This document shows, one piece after another, positions 60,291 through 64,000 of a stretch of 64,000 nt of DNA. Position 1 is the stretch's first letter. Each line of letters begins with the position of its first letter. The DNA lies in NCBI RefSeq assembly GCF_964355755.1, contig NC_092676.1, forward strand, positions 11,199,888 through 11,263,887. Direction: 5' to 3'. The notes under the pieces are model-generated. The model did not search any database and was not told where the DNA came from. It was given only the letters and a program-made list of their open reading frames with translations. This DNA is from Antedon mediterranea. Its lineage: Eukaryota; Animalia; Echinodermata. The translations under genes and the position numbers were made by a program.

Positions 60291-63200
60291 CATATTCAAA
60301 TTCAAATATTCTTTATTCATCATCAATCATGAAAATATACAACAATATATGAGAACATAAAAAAAAAAGATGAAAAGGAAACACATAAAAACTCAAAAGA
60401 GCTTGATTAATTGTGTCCTCCTACATCCCTAACTAGCCTAAAAACTAAAACATAAATAATAAAAAAAGCTAAATCCTGCAACAAGTATTATTTTAAAATT
60501 ATTTGTAAAATGATAATAAATGTTCTTTAAACAATGATTTAAATATAAATATTGATTTGGTACTTTGTAGTTCATAATTCAAGTCATTCCACAATTTAGG
60601 TCCCACACATGACACAGTAAAACTAGTAGAAGTACGATTACGTTTTCTGAGTCTCATTTTGTCTTTAGATCTTGTATTATAATAATGGTAAGAACCATTT
60701 TTAATAAAGAGCGATGAAAAACGCACGTCCTGATTAGTAGTAACATTATACATGAAAAGCCCAATTTGGTACCTATTGATATCCGCAATTTTAAGAAGTT
60801 TAAATTTATAGAAACATTCAGTCATTGAATCATTAAACTTTGACTATGTTATAGCTCGTAATGCCCTTTTCTGGAGTTTAAATAAATCATCTAGATAACT
60901 TGGAAATGTACTACACCATATTATGTTGCAATAATTTAATACTGGTTCAATGAGTGATTTGTATATTGTCCAGAGAGCATAGGTTGGTAAAAAATGTTTT
61001 ACTTTATATAGTATGCCTACATATCGAGATATTTTCCTAGCTGTAACATTGATGTGATTTTTATATGTGAGAAATTCATCAATATGTACTCCAAGAAATT
61101 TAGTCGATTTAACTCTATCTATTCTTTTATTGTTGACATAAATATTTACATTCTCTAATTTACTTGGATTTCGCTGATTGCGGAAAATTACGTAATTAGT
61201 TTTTTTAACGTTGATTGATAGTTTATTGCACATGAACCAATCCGAAACATTTTTTAGTTCACTATTAACTAGATATATGAGCGTATCCAAGTTTTTGTGA
61301 GATGCAGATATGTTTGTGTCGTCAGCAAATAAAACAAAAGATAACGAGTTTGAGCAATTAAATACATCGTTAATGTACAAAATAAAAAGTAGAGGCCCCA
61401 GAATTGAACCCTGTGGTACACCGCAATTTATATCCATCAAACACGAACTTGTGTTATCAATAGACGTAAATTGTTTCCTTTCACTAATATAGTTTCTAAA
61501 CCATTTAAGTGCCGTACCTCTTATGCCTTAGTGTTCCAATTTTTTTAGAAGTATATCATGGTTGATGGTGTCAAACGCTTTTGACAAATCAATAAATATA
61601 CCGATGGTATTTTTTTTCTTATCAAGCGCATCGGTTATTCGTTCAACCAGATCTATAACGGCCATAAAAGTAGAACTGTTTTTTCTGAAACCATATTGTG
61701 CATTATTAAGGATGTTAAACTTTGTGATATAATTATTCACTCTAATTTGAACAATTTTTTAAAGAATTTTTGAAGCGGTAGGCAGAATAGAGATTGGCCT
61801 ATAATTACTGACGTCACTTTTATTGCCAGATTTAAAAATTGGAACTACTCTAGCTACTTTCATACTATCAGGGACCATGCCTGTCTCAAGAGAGAGGTTA
61901 AAGATATGTACAAGAGGAGATGCCACAGCAGCAATAATATGTTTTAGAATGCGATTACTTAAGTTATCAACACCTTCTGAATTTGAATTTTTGATTTGAA
62001 TAACTATTTCAATAACCTCTTCTTCATTCGTAGGATTGAAAAATATAGATTGGGATTGACTCTCTTTCATATATTGTTTAAAGTCAGAATTGTTTACATT
62101 TGGTATTTTGTTTGCTAATTCATTTCCAATGTTGGAGAAGAAGTCATTAAAAGCGTCAGACATACCTTTTGGATCACATACCAAAGTTTTATTACTATGG
62201 TTAATTACCTCGTTTGGCCTAACACTCGATTTTTTTCTATTTAGAACTTCATTTAAAACTTTCCATGTTTGCTTTGAATCGTGTCGAGCCGCATCCAGTT
62301 TTTTGGAATAATATTGTTTTTTCCGAATTCTAATTAAATGAGTTAATTTGTTTTTATACTTTTTATATATTTGTTTTAATAATTGTGTTGGGTTTTTAAG
62401 GTATTTTTTATAAAGTTTATTTTTCTTTTTTATTGAAATCAAAATTCCTGTTGTGATCCATGGGTTTTTCTTTGTATTACCATTTGGCTTATTACTTTTT
62501 TTAGGTATGTTATTATCTATGAGATTGGATAGTTTTTTTAATAAATAGGTTATATGATGTATTGGTATCTGTGCATAAATATAGTTCACCCCAAACCTCA
62601 TTAGAAATAGCAATAAGCAAGTTATTTAATGTTGTATCATTAATTATTTTTTGTTTTGTAATTGGAGCTTGTGTGTTAGTATTTAATGACAGGTGTGTTG
62701 TCATGAAAATGGGCAGATGATCGGTCTCCACAATGCGAAATGTTATCATCATTTGTAATAATATTATCTAAAATTGTAGCAGAAGACGATGTTATTCTGG
62801 TGGGTAAGTTAATTAATGGATTAAAAGATGTTGAGTAAATAATGTTTGTGAATTCCTGTGTTGTTTTTTGAATGTCATATTTTAATAAGTCTTGATTAAA
62901 ATCTCCTAAGATATAGCAGTTTTTGTTTTCGCGATTAAGTTTATGTAAGATTTCTTCCAGATCAGAGTTAAATGAGTTGACGTTTGAATTTGGTGGTCGA
63001 TACAACATACCTACAATAGTATTTTTGCCGTTTGTGTTTATTATTTCTAGAAAAATTGAATCAATGGAGTTATCATTAAATACAAAATCATTACGTGTTA
63101 AGGTGTTGATTTGTTCTTTTAAATATAGACAAACTCCACCACCGACTCTACCTTCTCTATTACAGGTGTACATATTGTATCCATTGATATTTAATAAGTC

Positions 63201-63480
63201 AATTGGCCTGTTCTTATTTATCCAGGTTTCCGAGAAACCAAGTACATCAAACGCACGACCTATGGTATCTAACAGAATGCTAATTTCGTCGGAAGTGTTT
63301 TGGAAGACTACGTGCATTCATGTGTAACGTTGTAAAGATACCATTGTTATCAATTTCCGTCTGTAGCTCATTAAGTTGTGTTGGAGTGAAATATTTGCAT
63401 AAACCAGCCTCGTCACTTTCAAAGCAATCTATGGAATGTGTAGGACTCAATTTATTTTCATATTGAGTCGTGCTCATAAA
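60290..63480 (-). mobile_element. Crack/CR1-group LINE ORF2 with several frameshifts and stops, intronic to TRMT2B
   Basis: HMNARSL, FSETW, YRPP, GDFN, NYRPISIL, FIDLSKAFD, GVPQGSILGP, FADDT. (TTTGAA)n tail near 60295. Confidence 0.9.
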
Positions 63481-63859
63481 GTAGTATTGGAAAAAAGAAC
63501 AAAATACAATCAATTCACCAAAGCTTTTAAGCAAAATGGCGTTCAACTAAATGACTAAAAACCAGCAGGTTAGCAATACAATAATTAAAAAAAAACACAC
63601 ACCAAACAATTAATGCAGTCTATAATTTATACAATAGTTAAAATTCTGGTTTCAGGGCAAAAACAAGAAATCTCACAATTTCACATTCAATGTAATACCA
63701 CACGGTAAGTTAGGTGGAATGCAGTTTGTTGAGATCGGAAAATTTTGTTACGACAATCTTCTTATTATTCTTAGTTAGTACATGTATGCGTCCATCTTGG
63801 GTCCAGACTGCGGTCAAGGCGGAATTATGCTGGGTTTTGATGGTTCATCATCAACATAA

Positions 63860-64000
63860 TTGAAGCACTTTGACAAATATTTAGTCAATGGGGTCTTCCA
63901 CAAATCGTAGTTTCGGATAATGGAAGTCAGTTTACGGGTTCAGAATTTAAGGATTTTATGAAAGCATAAGTATTCATAATTATTCATGTCCAGGTCATCC
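63860..64000 (+). pseudogene. Gypsy integrase remnant
   Basis: QIFSQWGLPQIVVSDNGSQFTGSEFKDFMK*. Confidence 0.75.

Overview
AT-rich animal genomic DNA, probably from a marine invertebrate (inferred only from the TE repertoire). It is almost entirely a nest of transposable elements, plus the last three coding exons of a TRMT2B-like RNA m5U methyltransferase gene on the minus strand (52.4-59.5 kb). Most nesting can be confirmed by deleting an insertion and restoring the interrupted reading frame. Elements: two DIRS1-like YR retrotransposons; one Harbinger derivative; five CR1/L2/Crack-type LINEs plus fragments, one of them full-length and intact; two AcademX-like elements, one inside the other; a pogo derivative next to a HIRAN gene; two non-autonomous Helitrons; a tRNA/Nin-type SINE; and a recent Mag-like Gypsy. 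Top candidates for novelty: (1) an apparently young 7.8-kb Zisupton/KDZ transposon whose intact 1278-aa protein ends in a crippled Ulp1-like domain, a PHD finger and an intact SprT-like HExxH metalloprotease; (2) a 12.4-kb CAC...GTG element with a 4-bp TSD whose right end reads as heptamer, 12-bp spacer, nonamer, like a V(D)J 12-RSS; (3) a pogo element that appears to carry a divergent HIRAN-domain gene. All family calls come from motif recognition by eye; no searches were run.
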